In this document: positions 30,301-39,433 of the stretch, piece after piece
How the letters are laid out: the number at the start of each line of letters is the position of its first letter
Numbering within the stretch: the first letter of the stretch is position 1
NCBI GenBank assembly: GCA_965204735.1
Contig: OZ242008.1
Coordinates: forward strand, 2,208,001-2,272,000
Source of the DNA: Longimicrobiales bacterium
Lineage (GTDB): Bacteria > Gemmatimonadota > Gemmatimonadetes > Longimicrobiales > Gaopeijiaceae
Direction of reading: 5' to 3'
Length of the DNA stretch: 64,000 nucleotides
The notes under the pieces: model-generated
Told to the model about the DNA's origin: nothing
What the model saw: only the letters and a program-made list of their open reading frames with translations
The model's database searches: none
Program-made: the position numbers and the translations under genes

Positions 30301-33300
30301 GCGCCAAGCTCAGCAGGGCGTCCGTCGTTCCGCCCGCCACGTCGATCGTCCCGCCGTTCAGCGCCAACGCGCTCGCGCCCACGCTCAACCCGTCCGTGTC
30401 CGCGTCCGCCTGCACCACCACGTACCGGAACACCAGCGCCGTCGTCCCCGTCCCCGATGCGTAGCCCGCCTGCCGCGTCTGCGAACCAATCGACAACGCC
30501 AGCTGCGGCGTCCCCGTCACGTCCACCGCCTTGTTGAACGTCACCGTCGCAACCACCGTGTCGCCCCGCTCGAACGTGGCGCCCACCGGCGGCGCAGCCA
30601 CCGACAGCCCCACCACCCCCGGCGGACCCAAGCTGCCATTCACCTTGTGCGACGCGTCGTTCGTCACCGCGCTCGCGCCCAGCCCCAGCGCCGCAGCCGC
30701 AGCGCCCGGACGCACGTCCGCGATCGTGCCGCCGTTCAGCACGAGCGCGCTCGCGCCGATGCTGATTCCGTCGGTGTCCGCGTCCGCCGGACGGACCGCG
30801 TAGGCAAACACCAGCGTGTCCGCCTTGCTGGAAGCGGCCACGTAGCTCGCCTGCCGCGTCTGCGTCCCGATCGTCAGCGCCAGCCGCGGCGAGCCCGTCA
30901 CCGCCACCGGTCGCCCGAACGCCACCTTCACCTCGATCTGCTCGCCCAGCTGGTACGTGCTCGCGCTCGCCGGGGTGCTCGAGATCGTCATCGCAGTCAC
31001 CGCCGGCGTCGTGAACGTGCCGCCCGCAACCTTGTGGCCCGCGCTGTTCGTCACCGCGCTCGCGCCCAACCCCAGCGTCGCGTCCAGCGTCCCACCCGCG
31101 ACCCGGATCGTCCCGCCGTTCAGCGCCAACGCGCTCGCGCCGATGCTCAACCCGTCCGCGTCCGCGTCGCCGCTCGCCACCACGTACCGGAACACCAGCG
31201 TGTCCGTACCCGTCCCGCTCGCGTACGCCGCCTGCCTGGTCGCGCTCCCGATCGTCAGCGCCAGACGCGGCACGCCCGTCACGTCCACCGACCGGTTGAA
31301 CACCAGCGACACCTCGATCGTCTCGCCCCGCTCGAAGGTGTCGCCCACCGTCGGCGCACTGATCGACAGCCCGGTCACCCCCGGCGGCCCCCGGCTGCCG
31401 TCCACCTTGTGCGCCGCCGCGTTCGCAATCGCGTTGCTCCCCAGTCCCAGGCCCGCCGCCGTCGTGCCGTCGCGCGCGTCGGCGATCGTCCCGCCGTTCA
31501 GCGCCAACGCGCTCGCACCGATGCTGATCCCCGTCGAGTCCTCGTCCGCCGCCACCACCGTGTAGCCGAACACCAGCGTCGCCGTCCCGCTCCCGCTCGC
31601 GTACGACGCCTGCCGCGTCTGACTCCCGATCCCCAAAGCCAGCTGCGGCCCGCCCGTCACCGTCACCGGGCGCGTGAACCCAACCTCGACCTCGATCACC
31701 TCCGTTCGTCCGTAGATGCTGTCGCTCGACGGAGCACTCGAAATCGTCACCCCGCTCACCGCCGCAGCCGTGAACGTCCCGCCCGCAACCTTGTAGTTCC
31801 CGTTGTTGGTGACGTAGTGATCGCGCAGGCTCACCACCGCGTCCGTCGTACCGCCCGACACCCGGATCGTCCCGCCGTTCAGCGCCAACGCGCTCGTGCC
31901 GATGCTGATCCCGTCCGCGTCCACGTCCGCTGTCACCACCACGTACCGGAACGCCAGCGTGTCCGTGCCCGTGCCAGCAGCGTAGCTCGCCTGCTTCGTC
32001 GCGCTCCCGATCCCCAGCGCCAGCTGCGGCGTACCCGTCACCGCCACCGCCTTGTTGAACGCGACCTTCACCTCGATCGTCTCGCCACGCTCGAACGTGT
32101 CGCCCACATGAGGCGAGCCGATCGACAGCGCACTCACACCCGGCGGTCCGAGCGCGCCGTCCACCTTATGCGACGCCGCGTTCGCGATCGCGCTGGATCC
32201 CAGTCCCAGGCTTGCCGCCGTCGAACCGTCCCGCGCGTCGTTGATCGTGCCGCTGTTCAGAGCCAACGCGCTCGCGCCGACGCTGACGCCGTCGCTGTCC
32301 GCGTCCGCAGCCGCCACCTCGTAGCCGAACGTCAGCGTCTTCGTCCCCGTCCCGCTCGCGTACTCCGCCTGTCGCGTCACCGCGCCCACCGTCAGCGCCA
32401 GCTGCGGCGTGCCCGTCACGTTCACCGGCCGCGCGAATGTCACCTCGACCTCGATCTCCTCGCCCAGACCGTACGTGTCCCCGCTCGACGGAGCACTCGA
32501 GATCGTCACCCCGCTCACCGACGACGCCGTGAACGTCCCGCCCGCCACCTTGTGCCCCGTGCTGTTCGTCACCGCGTGCGTGCTCAGCCCCAAGGTCGCG
32601 TCCAGCGTCCCGCCCGACAGCCGGATCGTCCCGCTGTTCAGCGCCAGCGCGCTCGCACCGATGCTCAACCCGTCCGCGTCCACGTCCGCCGTCACCACCG
32701 TGTACTGGAACACCAGCGCCGTCGTGCCCGTGCCGCTCGCGTACGACGCCTGCCGCGTCTGCGTACCGATCCCCAGCGCCAGCTGCGGCGTCCCCGTCAC
32801 GTCCACCGGCCGGTTGAACGTCACCGTCGCCGCAATCACGTCGCCCCGCTCGAACGTGTCGCCCACCGGCGGCGACGCGACGACCAACCCCGTCACCCCC
32901 GGCGGTCCCTGCGCGCCGTCCACCTTATGCGCCGCGGCGTTCGATATCGCGTAGCTCCCCAGGCCCAGGCCCGCCGCCATCGTCGTGTCGCGAGCGTCCG
33001 AGATCGTGCCGCCGTTCAGCGCCAATGCGCTCGCGCCGATGCTGATCCCGTTCGCGTCCGCGTCCGCCGCCGCCACCACGTAGCCGAACGTCAGCGTCTT
33101 CGTACCCGTCCCGCTCGCGTACTCCGCCTGCCGCGTCTGCGAACCAATCGTCAGCGCCACCCGCGGCGTGTCCGTCACCATCACCCGCCGGTTGAACGTC
33201 ACCTCGACCTCGATCTGCTCCGTCCGGCCGTACGTGCTGTCGCTCGCCGGAGCGCTCGTGATCGACACGCCCGCAACCGTCGCCGCCGTGAACGTCCCGC

Positions 33301-36300
33301 CGTTCACCACCAGGAAGTTGCTGAACGCCTGGTGCTCCAAGCTCAGCAGGGCGTCCGTCGTTCCCCCCGCCACGTCGATCGTCCCCCCGTTCAGCGTCAA
33401 CGCGCTCGCGCCCACGCTCAACCCGTCCGCGTCCACGTCCGCAGCCACCACCACGTACCGGAACACCAGCGACGTCGTCCCCGTGCCCGACGCGTACGCC
33501 GCCTGCCGCGTCTGCGCGCCTATCCCCAGCGCCAGCTGCGGCGTCCCCGTCACGTCCACCGACTTGTTGAACCGCACCGTCGCAACCACCGTGTCGCCGC
33601 GCTCGAACGTCGTGCCCGTCGGCGGCGACGCCACCGTCAGGCCCGTCACGCCCGGCGGTCCCAGCCCGCCGTTCACCTTGTGCGCCGCAGCGTTCGTCAC
33701 CGCGCTCGACCCCAGCCCCAGCGCAGCAGCAGCAGCGCCCGGCCGCACATCGGCGATCGCACCGCCGTTCAACGTCAACGCGCTCGCGCCGATGCTGAGC
33801 CCGTCCGCGTCCGCGTCCGAAGGACGAACCGCGTACCCGAACACCAGCGTGTCCACCTTGCTCGAAGCCGAATCGTAGACCGCCTGACGAGTGACCGTCC
33901 CGATCGTCAGCGCCAGCCGCGGCGTGCCCGTCACCGCCACCGGTCGCCCGAACGCCACCTTCACCTCGATCTGCTCGCCCAACTGGTACGTCTGACCGCT
34001 CGCCGGAGCGCTCGACACCGTCACCGCAGTCACTGCCGGCGTCGTGAACGTACTGCCAGACACCTGGTGGCCGCCACTGTTCGTCACCGCGCTCGCGCCC
34101 AGCCCCAACGTCGCGTCCAGCGTCCCGCCAGCCAGACGGATCGTCCCGCCGCTCAACGTCAGCGCGCCCGCTCCGATGCTCAATCCGTCCGCGTCCGCGT
34201 CGCCGCTCGCCACCACGTACTGGAACAGCAGCCCCGTCGTGCCCGTGCCGCTCGCGTAGCTCGCCTGCCTCGTCGCTGAACCGATCGTCAGCGCGAGCCG
34301 CGGCGTGCCCGTCACGTCCACCGCGCGGTTGAACTCCAGCTCGACCGCGATCGTCTCGCCACGCTCGAACACGTCGCCCACCACAGGAGAACTGATCGTC
34401 AGCGCATTCACCCCCGGCGGTCCCAGGTTGCCGTCCACCTTGTGCGCAGCAGCGTTCGATATCGCGTGCGTGCCCAAGCCCAGGCTCGCGTTCGTCGTGC
34501 CGCCCGCGATCCGGATCGCGCCGCCGTTCAGCGCCAAAGCGCTCGCACCGATGCTGATCCCCGTCGAATCCGCGTCCGCAGCCACCACCGTGTACGCGAA
34601 CCTCAACGTCCGCGTGCCCGTACCCCCCGCGTAATACGCGAACCTGCTCACGCTCCCGACGGTGATCAACACGTATGGCGTCCCGAGAGTTGTCGCCCCC
34701 GGCGTGCCCGTCACGTCCACCGAACGCTCGAACTCGACCTCCACCTCGATCGCCTCCGTACGTCCGTACGTGCTGTCGCTCGCCGGCGCACTCGTGATCG
34801 ACACGCCGCTCACCACCGGCGCCACCTCCTTCGTCCCGTCCACCTGGTACGCCACCGCGTCCGCGAAGTTCCACGGCGCCAACGTCAGCCGAGCGTCCGT
34901 CGTCGTGCCCGTCGCACGGATCGTCGCGCCGCCCGGCAGCGTCAACGCGCTCGCACCGATGCTGATCCCCGTCGAGTCCGCGTCCGCCGCAACCACCGTG
35001 TAGCAGAACACCAAGATGACGCCGCCCCCTGTCGTGCCGCACAGCGCAGCGCTCCGCGTCTGCGAACCGATCCCCAGCGCCAAACTCGGCGTCCCCGTCG
35101 CCGTGACGCCCGTGTTGAACCCGACCCCCACGCGAATCAGGTCGCCCAGACCGTACACGCTGTCCGTGCTCGCGTAGTTGATCCCGGCGAGCAGCGTCGC
35201 CGACATGAAGAACGCGCTCGTCACGTACGGAACGTCGCCCGCCACCTTGTGCGCCCCAGCATTCGCGATCGCATGGCTCCCCAACCCCAAACTCGCCGCC
35301 GTCGAGCCGTCCCGAGCGTCCACGATCGTTCCGCTGCCCTGCAACGTCAGCGCGCTCGACCCGACGCCGATCCCGTCCCCGTCCGCGTCCGACGCCGCCA
35401 CCACGTACCGGAACTCCAGCGTCTTCGTGCCGCTCCCGCTCGCATAGGTCGCCTGACGCGTCGAGTCGCCAATCGCCAGCGCCAGCTGCGGGACCGGGAG
35501 CGTCACCGTCACCGGCCGCACGAACGACACCTCCACCTCGATCGTGTCGCCCTGCACGTACGTGGCGTCCGCCGCCGGAGCGCTCGTGATCGCCAACCCG
35601 CTCGGCGACGACGCCGTGAACGTCGCGCCCGACACCTTGTGGCCCGCGCTGTTCGTGACCGCGCTCGCGCCCAGCCCCAAGACCGCGTCCGTCGTCGTGC
35701 CCATGCGTCGGATCGTACCGCCGTTCAGCACCAGCGCGTTCGCGCCGATGCTGGCCCCGTCCGCGTCCGCGTCCGCCTGCACCACCGTGTAGCTGAACGT
35801 CAGCGTCGCCGTGCCGCTGCCGCTCGCGTAGCCCGCCGACCTCGTGGCCGCGCCAAGCCACAACCGCACCTGCGGCGTGCCCGTCACCGCCACCGCACGG
35901 TTGAACGTCACCGTCACGACTATCGCGTCGCCCCGCTCGAACGTGTCGCCCGTCGGCGGCGAACCCATCGACACCCCCGTCACCCCCGGCGGTCCCTGCG
36001 CGCCGTCCACCTTGTGCGCCGCAGCATTCGCGATCACGTTCGTCCCCAACCCCAAGTTCGCGGCCGCCGTGCCGCCCGCGATCCGGACCGTCCCGCCGTT
36101 CAGCGCCAATGCGCTCGCGCCGATGCTGACCCCCGTCGTGTCCCTGTCCGTCGCCGCAACCGTGTAGCGGAACCTCAACGAGCGCGTTCCGGTGCCCGAA
36201 GAGTAGTCCGCCTGCCGCGTCTGCGTCCCGATCCCCAGCGCCACCTGCGGCGTTCCCGTCGCGTCCACCGGGCGGTCGAAGTCGACCTTGACCTCGATCG

Positions 36301-39238
36301 TGTCGCCTGTCCCGTACGTCGAGTCGGCGCCCGCGTCGCTGCTGATCGACACGCCGCTCACGTTCGGCGCCGCCTCCTGGGCGCCGTCAACCTGGAAAGC
36401 CATGTCGTTCGTGACCTCGTATCCGGCCAACGACACGTTCGCGTCCGTCGTCGTCCCCTGCCGCCGAATGTAGGCCCCCGACCCGGCAGGGAACGTCAGC
36501 GCGGTCGCGCCGATGCTGATCCCCGTCGAGTCCCTGTCCGCCGCCACGACCGTATGGCAGAAAATCGCGTATCTGACGGTCTGGCCGCACAGCGGAGCCT
36601 GCCGCGTCTGCGTCCCGATCCCCAGCGCCAGCTGCGCCTGCGTCGCCGTCGTCGACGCAATCCTAACGTTCGTGTTGAACTCAACGGCCACCCGAATCTC
36701 GTCCCCAAGCCCGAACACGCTGTCCGTGCCCGCCTGGAAGGTCTGTGTCCACTGCGCGTTCACGAAAAACATGTCCGTCACGTAGGGCACGTCGCCCGTC
36801 ACCTTGTGCCCCGCCGCGTTCGAGATCGCGTTCGAACCCAACCCCAAGTTCGCGGCCGTCGTGCCGCCCGCGATCCGGATCGTCCCGCCGTTCAGCGCCA
36901 ACGCGCTCGCGCCGATGCTCACCCCCGTCGTGTCCATGTCCGCCACGACCACTGTATAGCGGAACCTCAATGACTTGGTGCCCGTGCCCGCCGCGTACTC
37001 CGCCTGCCGCGTCAGCGTGTCGACCCCCAGCGCCACACGCGGCGTTCCCGTCACGTCCACCGGACGGTCGAAGTCGACCTTGACCTCGATCACGTTCCCT
37101 TCGGCGTACGCGCTGTCAGCGCCCGGGTCGCTGCTGATCGTCACGCCGCTGACGTTCGGCGCCACCTCCACCGTGCCGTCAACCTGGTAGGCCACATTGT
37201 TCGTGAACGTGTGGTCAGCCAGCGACACGTTCGCGTCCGTCGTCGTCCCCTGCCGCCGAATGTAGGCCCCCGACCCGGCAGGAAACGTCAGCGCGTTCGC
37301 GCCGATGCTGATCCCCGTCGAATCCCTGTCCGCCGCCACGACCGTATAGCAGAAGAACGCAAACCTGGGGTTCTGGCCGCACAGCGGGGCCTGCCGCGTC
37401 TGCGTCCCGATCCCCAGCGCCAGTTGCGCCTGCGTCGCCGTCGTCGTCGCAATACGAACGTTCGTGTTGAACCCAACGATCACGCGAACCACATCCCCCG
37501 ATCCGAACACGCTGTCCGTGCCGGCATGGAATATCTGCACCCCCTGCGGGTTCGCGATAAAGATCGTCGTCACGTAGGGCACGTCGCCCGTCACCCTGTG
37601 CCCCGCCGCGTTCGAGATCGCGTGGCCGCCCAAACCAAGGTTCGCGTTCGCCGATCCGCCCTTGAGCTCGATCGTCCCGCCGTTCAGCGCCAACGCGCTC
37701 GCGCCGATGCTGATGCCGTCCGCGTCCGCGTCCGCCACGACCACTGTATAGCGAAACCGCAATGAATTGGTGCCCGTGCCCGCCGCGTAGCCCGCCTGCC
37801 GCGTCTGCGTCCCGATCCCCAGCGCCACCTGCGGCGTTCCCGTCACGTCCACCGGACGGTCGAAGTCGACCTTGACCTCGATCACGTTCCCTTCCGCGTA
37901 CGCGCTGTCAGAGCCCGGATCGCTCGCAATCGACACGCCGCTCACGTTCGGCGCCACCTCCTTCGTGCCGTCCACCTTGAAAGCAGCATTGTCCGTGTTG
38001 TCGTGCGCCGCCAGCGACAGGATCGCGTTCGTCGACGTGCCCTGCCGGCGGATCGCGCCCCCGGGTATCGTCAGCGCGTTCGCGCCGATGCTGATCCCGG
38101 TCGAATCCCTGTCCGCCGCCACGACCGTGTAGTTGAAGTACAGCGAGTGGGCGGTAAACGCGTAGAAGGTCGCGCTTCTCGTGTTCGCCCCGATGGTCAA
38201 GGCCAGCCGCGGCCACTGAGTGTGCCAGCTGATCGGCCTGTCGAACGTCACCTTCACCCTGATGACGTCTTCCAGCCCGAAGGTGCTGTCCGCCGCAGCC
38301 TGCGTCATGACAGCGCCTTGTGCGGTGATGTATTCCACGGCGGATACGACCGGCGCCGTCACCTTGGTGCCGTCCACCTTGAAGGCCACATTGTTCGTGA
38401 CCTGGTGGTCAGCCAGCGACAGGTCGGCGTTCGTCGTCGTCCCCGCGGCAACGACCCGGGCTCCGCCAGGCAGCGTCAGCGCGTTCGCGCCGATGCTCAA
38501 CCCGTCCGAGTCGCTGTCCGCCGCCACGACCGTGTAGCAGAAGATCAAGAAGGACGCCACTGAGTTGCACAGCGGCGCACTCCGCGTCTGCGACCCGATG
38601 TTCAGCGCCAGCTGCGGCGTTCCCGAGCCGCTCACGTCCCTGCTGAATCTGACGCCCACCCTGATCCGGTCGCCCACCCCGTAGACGCTGTCGGCCTGTT
38701 CGAGGTTCGCTAGGAGGATCTGGACTCCGCGGGTCGGATGAAGGAACCAAACGGACACCACGGCGGGAACGTCGCCCTGCACCTTGTGGGCCGTCGCATT
38801 CGAGATTGCATGGGTGCCCAGCCCCAGGTTCGCGGCCGTCGCGCCGCCCGCGATCTGGATCGTACCGCTGTTGAGTGCCAGCGCGCTCGCGCCGATGCTG
38901 ATCCCGTCCGCATCGACGTCCGTGGTCGCTACCGTGTAGCGGAAAGTCAGCGTGCTCGTGCCCGTCCCGCTTGCGTAATTCGCCTGCTGCGTCGCCGCGC
39001 CGATCGTCAGCGCCAGCTGCGGCGTGCCCGTCACGTCCACCGACTGGTCGAAACGAACTTCGACCCCGATCACGTCGGTCGCCGCGTACGTCGAGTCGAC
39101 GCCCGCGTTGCTGCTGATCGACACGCCGCTCACGTTCGGCGCCTGGCCGCTCGCGGCGACCGGCAACCCGGCGGCAACCAGCCCGGCGACCACCAGCGCC
39201 AGGCCGAGAGCCGAAAGAAGCCTTCGCACTACCCACAT
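24356..39238 (-). CDS. Giant repetitive surface protein/adhesin A (~4960 aa): signal peptide, 28 Ig-like repeats, 5 cadherin-like domains, 1 Ig-like domain, autotransporter-like beta-barrel
   Basis: Uninterrupted ORF. ATG 39238 has AGGTGG SD and signal peptide MWVVRRLLSALGLALVVAGLVAAGLPVAASG-Q. Repeat consensus VTGTPQLALTIG..TRQASYASGTGT..L.F.Y.V...DAD.DG.SIGASALALNGGTI. Cadherin motifs PVF, ATDPD, DVNE. C-terminal amphipathic strands. Upstream in-frame ATGs exist (39331, 39388, 39421). Confidence 0.9.
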   Translation of the reverse strand: MWVVRRLLSALGLALVVAGLVAAGLPVAASGQAPNVSGVSISSNAGVDSTYAATDVIGVEVRFDQSVDVTGTPQLALTIGAATQQANYASGTGTSTLTFRYTVATTDVDADGISIGASALALNSGTIQIAGGATAANLGLGTHAISNATAHKVQGDVPAVVSVWFLHPTRGVQILLANLEQADSVYGVGDRIRVGVRFSRDVSGSGTPQLALNIGSQTRSAPLCNSVASFLIFCYTVVAADSDSDGLSIGANALTLPGGARVVAAGTTTNADLSLADHQVTNNVAFKVDGTKVTAPVVSAVEYITAQGAVMTQAAADSTFGLEDVIRVKVTFDRPISWHTQWPRLALTIGANTRSATFYAFTAHSLYFNYTVVAADRDSTGISIGANALTIPGGAIRRQGTSTNAILSLAAHDNTDNAAFKVDGTKEVAPNVSGVSIASDPGSDSAYAEGNVIEVKVDFDRPVDVTGTPQVALGIGTQTRQAGYAAGTGTNSLRFRYTVVVADADADGISIGASALALNGGTIELKGGSANANLGLGGHAISNAAGHRVTGDVPYVTTIFIANPQGVQIFHAGTDSVFGSGDVVRVIVGFNTNVRIATTTATQAQLALGIGTQTRQAPLCGQNPRFAFFCYTVVAADRDSTGISIGANALTFPAGSGAYIRRQGTTTDANVSLADHTFTNNVAYQVDGTVEVAPNVSGVTISSDPGADSAYAEGNVIEVKVDFDRPVDVTGTPRVALGVDTLTRQAEYAAGTGTKSLRFRYTVVVADMDTTGVSIGASALALNGGTIRIAGGTTAANLGLGSNAISNAAGHKVTGDVPYVTDMFFVNAQWTQTFQAGTDSVFGLGDEIRVAVEFNTNVRIASTTATQAQLALGIGTQTRQAPLCGQTVRYAIFCHTVVAADRDSTGISIGATALTFPAGSGAYIRRQGTTTDANVSLAGYEVTNDMAFQVDGAQEAAPNVSGVSISSDAGADSTYGTGDTIEVKVDFDRPVDATGTPQVALGIGTQTRQADYSSGTGTRSLRFRYTVAATDRDTTGVSIGASALALNGGTVRIAGGTAAANLGLGTNVIANAAAHKVDGAQGPPGVTGVSMGSPPTGDTFERGDAIVVTVTFNRAVAVTGTPQVRLWLGAATRSAGYASGSGTATLTFSYTVVQADADADGASIGANALVLNGGTIRRMGTTTDAVLGLGASAVTNSAGHKVSGATFTASSPSGLAITSAPAADATYVQGDTIEVEVSFVRPVTVTLPVPQLALAIGDSTRQATYASGSGTKTLEFRYVVAASDADGDGIGVGSSALTLQGSGTIVDARDGSTAASLGLGSHAIANAGAHKVAGDVPYVTSAFFMSATLLAGINYASTDSVYGLGDLIRVGVGFNTGVTATGTPSLALGIGSQTRSAALCGTTGGGVILVFCYTVVAADADSTGISIGASALTLPGGATIRATGTTTDARLTLAPWNFADAVAYQVDGTKEVAPVVSGVSITSAPASDSTYGRTEAIEVEVEFERSVDVTGTPGATTLGTPYVLITVGSVSRFAYYAGGTGTRTLRFAYTVVAADADSTGISIGASALALNGGAIRIAGGTTNASLGLGTHAISNAAAHKVDGNLGPPGVNALTISSPVVGDVFERGETIAVELEFNRAVDVTGTPRLALTIGSATRQASYASGTGTTGLLFQYVVASGDADADGLSIGAGALTLSGGTIRLAGGTLDATLGLGASAVTNSGGHQVSGSTFTTPAVTAVTVSSAPASGQTYQLGEQIEVKVAFGRPVAVTGTPRLALTIGTVTRQAVYDSASSKVDTLVFGYAVRPSDADADGLSIGASALTLNGGAIADVRPGAAAAALGLGSSAVTNAAAHKVNGGLGPPGVTGLTVASPPTGTTFERGDTVVATVRFNKSVDVTGTPQLALGIGAQTRQAAYASGTGTTSLVFRYVVVAADVDADGLSVGASALTLNGGTIDVAGGTTDALLSLEHQAFSNFLVVNGGTFTAATVAGVSITSAPASDSTYGRTEQIEVEVTFNRRVMVTDTPRVALTIGSQTRQAEYASGTGTKTLTFGYVVAAADADANGISIGASALALNGGTISDARDTTMAAGLGLGSYAISNAAAHKVDGAQGPPGVTGLVVASPPVGDTFERGDVIAATVTFNRPVDVTGTPQLALGIGTQTRQASYASGTGTTALVFQYTVVTADVDADGLSIGASALALNSGTIRLSGGTLDATLGLSTHAVTNSTGHKVAGGTFTASSVSGVTISSAPSSGDTYGLGEEIEVEVTFARPVNVTGTPQLALTVGAVTRQAEYASGTGTKTLTFGYEVAAADADSDGVSVGASALALNSGTINDARDGSTAASLGLGSSAIANAASHKVDGALGPPGVSALSIGSPHVGDTFERGETIEVKVAFNKAVAVTGTPQLALGIGSATKQASYAAGTGTDTLAFRYVVVTADVDADGISIGTSALALNGGTIRVSGGTTDAVVSLRDHYVTNNGNYKVAGGTFTAAAVSGVTISSAPSSDSIYGRTEVIEVEVGFTRPVTVTGGPQLALGIGSQTRQASYASGSGTATLVFGYTVVAADEDSTGISIGASALALNGGTIADARDGTTAAGLGLGSNAIANAAAHKVDGSRGPPGVTGLSISAPTVGDTFERGETIEVSLVFNRSVDVTGVPRLALTIGSATRQAAYASGTGTDTLVFRYVVASGDADADGLSIGASALALNGGTIRVAGGTLDATLGLGASAVTNSAGHKVAGGTFTTPAVTAMTISSTPASASTYQLGEQIEVKVAFGRPVAVTGSPRLALTIGTQTRQASYVAASSKADTLVFAYAVRPADADTDGISIGASALVLNGGTIADVRPGAAAAALGLGASAVTNDASHKVNGSLGPPGVVGLSVAAPPVGATFERGDTVVATVTFNKAVDVTGTPQLALSIGSQTRQAGYASGTGTTALVFRYVVVQADADTDGLSVGASALALNGGTIDVAGGTTDALLSLAHHAIGNDGARRVAGGTFTASSVSEVSITSSPAGGGTYGLSEQIEVEVTFDRNVTVTGAPQLALTIGSQTRQAAYVSATAGKQLTFRYEVVAGDADANGLSIGASALGLNGGAIADARDGTTAASLGLGSHAISNDAAHRVDGAQGPPGVSGVSIASPPIGDTFERGDTVVATVTFNKGVDVTGTPQLALTIGTVTKQASYASGTGTASLVFRYVVVTADADADGLSIGASALALNGGTIDVANGTVDAVLGLGAHAVSNSSGHKVAGGTFTAASVSGVSLTSSPAVATTYGRGERIEVQVTFNRRVSVTGTPQVALTVGAQTRQADYASGTGTHTLTFRYTVVQADADTDGIEVGTSALALNSGTIADARNGTTAAALGLGSHALSAAAGHKVDGTLAGASATGVAVSSTPESGDTYGLGERIEVQVTFDRAVTVTGAPQLALTVGTATRQASYASGSGTATLSFAYRVQGAGSGGSGTGGVDADADGVGVAAAALTLNGATIVNTADGVRPAVLALGSHAIAAAANDKVDGTVEAVPAVVGMTVTSTPGANGLYGPRSVIRVAVTFSRPVEVAGAPQQAGHMSAATAPVRLAIEIGTAVRHASYVSGSGTPVLVFEYVVQPADRDEDGISIAADALTAAGGALRIAGGTTAAALDLSGHAVENVEEHQVNGAGGTDPVFGRAEYEFKLTEDESGPVVVGTVSATDPFGGEVTYSLAAGDEGLFEVDARTGEVRYVGTGEDAESRSEFVMIVRATADDGERTGDATVTVRLVNVNDAPVFTAERYAFAMAENAAGPLALGVAEAVDLDEGDTLTYRLASGDADRFEVDGATGEVRYVGTGEDYEGAGPKSWELAVTATDLAGSSARAVVAVALTNVNEGPAFADSAYAFDLAENARGPLLLGEVRATDPDGGDWLSYALTAGDAERFKVNATSGAVRYVGSGEDAETGPGSWELEMTATDRGGLTARARVVVTLEDRNEGPVFVEPIWEWELAEHVAGPVELGAVEATDVDAGDTLRYSLSGAGAALFDVGESSGVVRYVGAGEDAETGPEGWEFEVVATDRAGLAAVAKVKVVLLDVNEAPAFADSAYAFELAENVRGPRELGRVEATDPDRDDALTYSLAQGDAGRFQVDGASGQVRYVGAGENYEDGPPEFALTVRVTDAGGLTAEAAVVVTLLDVNEGPEAVGSLSPPVLEVGGAPWEVGLGEYFRDPDGDALSYVVVSSSPDVAAASVSGAGRLSVAPQAIGAATVTVTATDAGGLTATQQASVTVSASRSDRARALKLTLAAFGRSLGTETVDAIGGRLGLESSGSLGRSHVQLGGRSLSCVAFGGGRGAGGVSSGTASVRAFGAGGAAGGAAAGPAGADQGQGKSGQGASASGHGGSGQGGADQGQGESAHARTASAHAGPDEGGAGLGGGVSGGRCGLESLVRDATGLLGFQITHPGTGSGPGGIPSGTLDLAAIFFGDGATGLGGAPSGTLGLGGSYQGQREEDAGRAERTRGGVAFSPLTGRDLRSRSSFQLSFGGGSPDGQGGADADAASGSPDASPAQAASQAGWTLWGQANVGEFEGRPEDDFAMDGRTRSAYVGLDYRFGSGFLMGVAGSRSDVAANYESGINGAGKTKAHLTSLYPYLSWSSQGGFGIWGLAGAGMGAANVGEQGPTYDADLRMRMGALGVRQKLVGGLALKADAFAVRMMTDASDVHVAAVTADAQRVRLAPELGGQWTSGGVAMRTRIEVGGRYDRGDAETGMGAEAGAELGFTHAGSGLSLDARGRMLLIHQDRNFKDWGAAVALRIQPGREDGGLSFSLEPSWGNASGGAQTLWQGGDDVWRSAGVPGLGPSAQPGSGVPASGDQAGYGGATGQGGPPSPGAVPAHGFPSAHGFGAPQNARGWTPSRLAMQVGYGVLLPGGGQVKPFGRWSREGAAGYRLNVGTQWAMLGGETAEQQAPGLRLVMDFFGEQAADGLQPPERRVGLVGRIAFD
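28277..39142 (-). repeat. Array of 28 ~125-aa Ig-like repeats in adhesin A
   Basis: Counted by hand from the translation; PPGV..FERG and xxxVSGV..TYG types alternate. Confidence 0.85.
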
Positions 39239-39294
39239 GGCACGCCACCTGCATCCAGCTTTCGTCCGAGATGGCGAATACTTATTATGGCGAA

Positions 39295-39315
39295 GGGGGG
39301 GGGGGGGGGGGGGGG
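39295..39315. repeat. G21/C21 homopolymer tract upstream of adhesin A (candidate phase-variation tract)
   Basis: 21 consecutive G on the + strand; on the coding strand it is followed by TTCGC-CATAAT (-10-like, 39284-39289). Confidence 0.9.
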
Positions 39316-39433
39316 CGAAATGGAAGCTCATCTTGGCCAAGCTCCGGGAAGGTGGGCGAACGCCGAAGGACAGCACCGTTGGCGGCATGTATCGGTCGGT
39401 CGAATATAGCAGGTTGGTCATCTCCACTCCACG

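Noticed and set aside
24659..34279. 3206-aa plus-strand ORF and many MPVT... ORFs antisense to the adhesins
   Set aside because: Shadow frames of a GC-rich repetitive minus-strand gene; Arg/His-rich or Thr/Pro-rich with no domain motifs.
36370..37585. Diversity-generating retroelement TR/VR pair between adhesin repeats 5 and 7
   Set aside because: Differences are not adenine-specific and include many synonymous third positions; both copies are coding and no reverse transcriptase is in the window.
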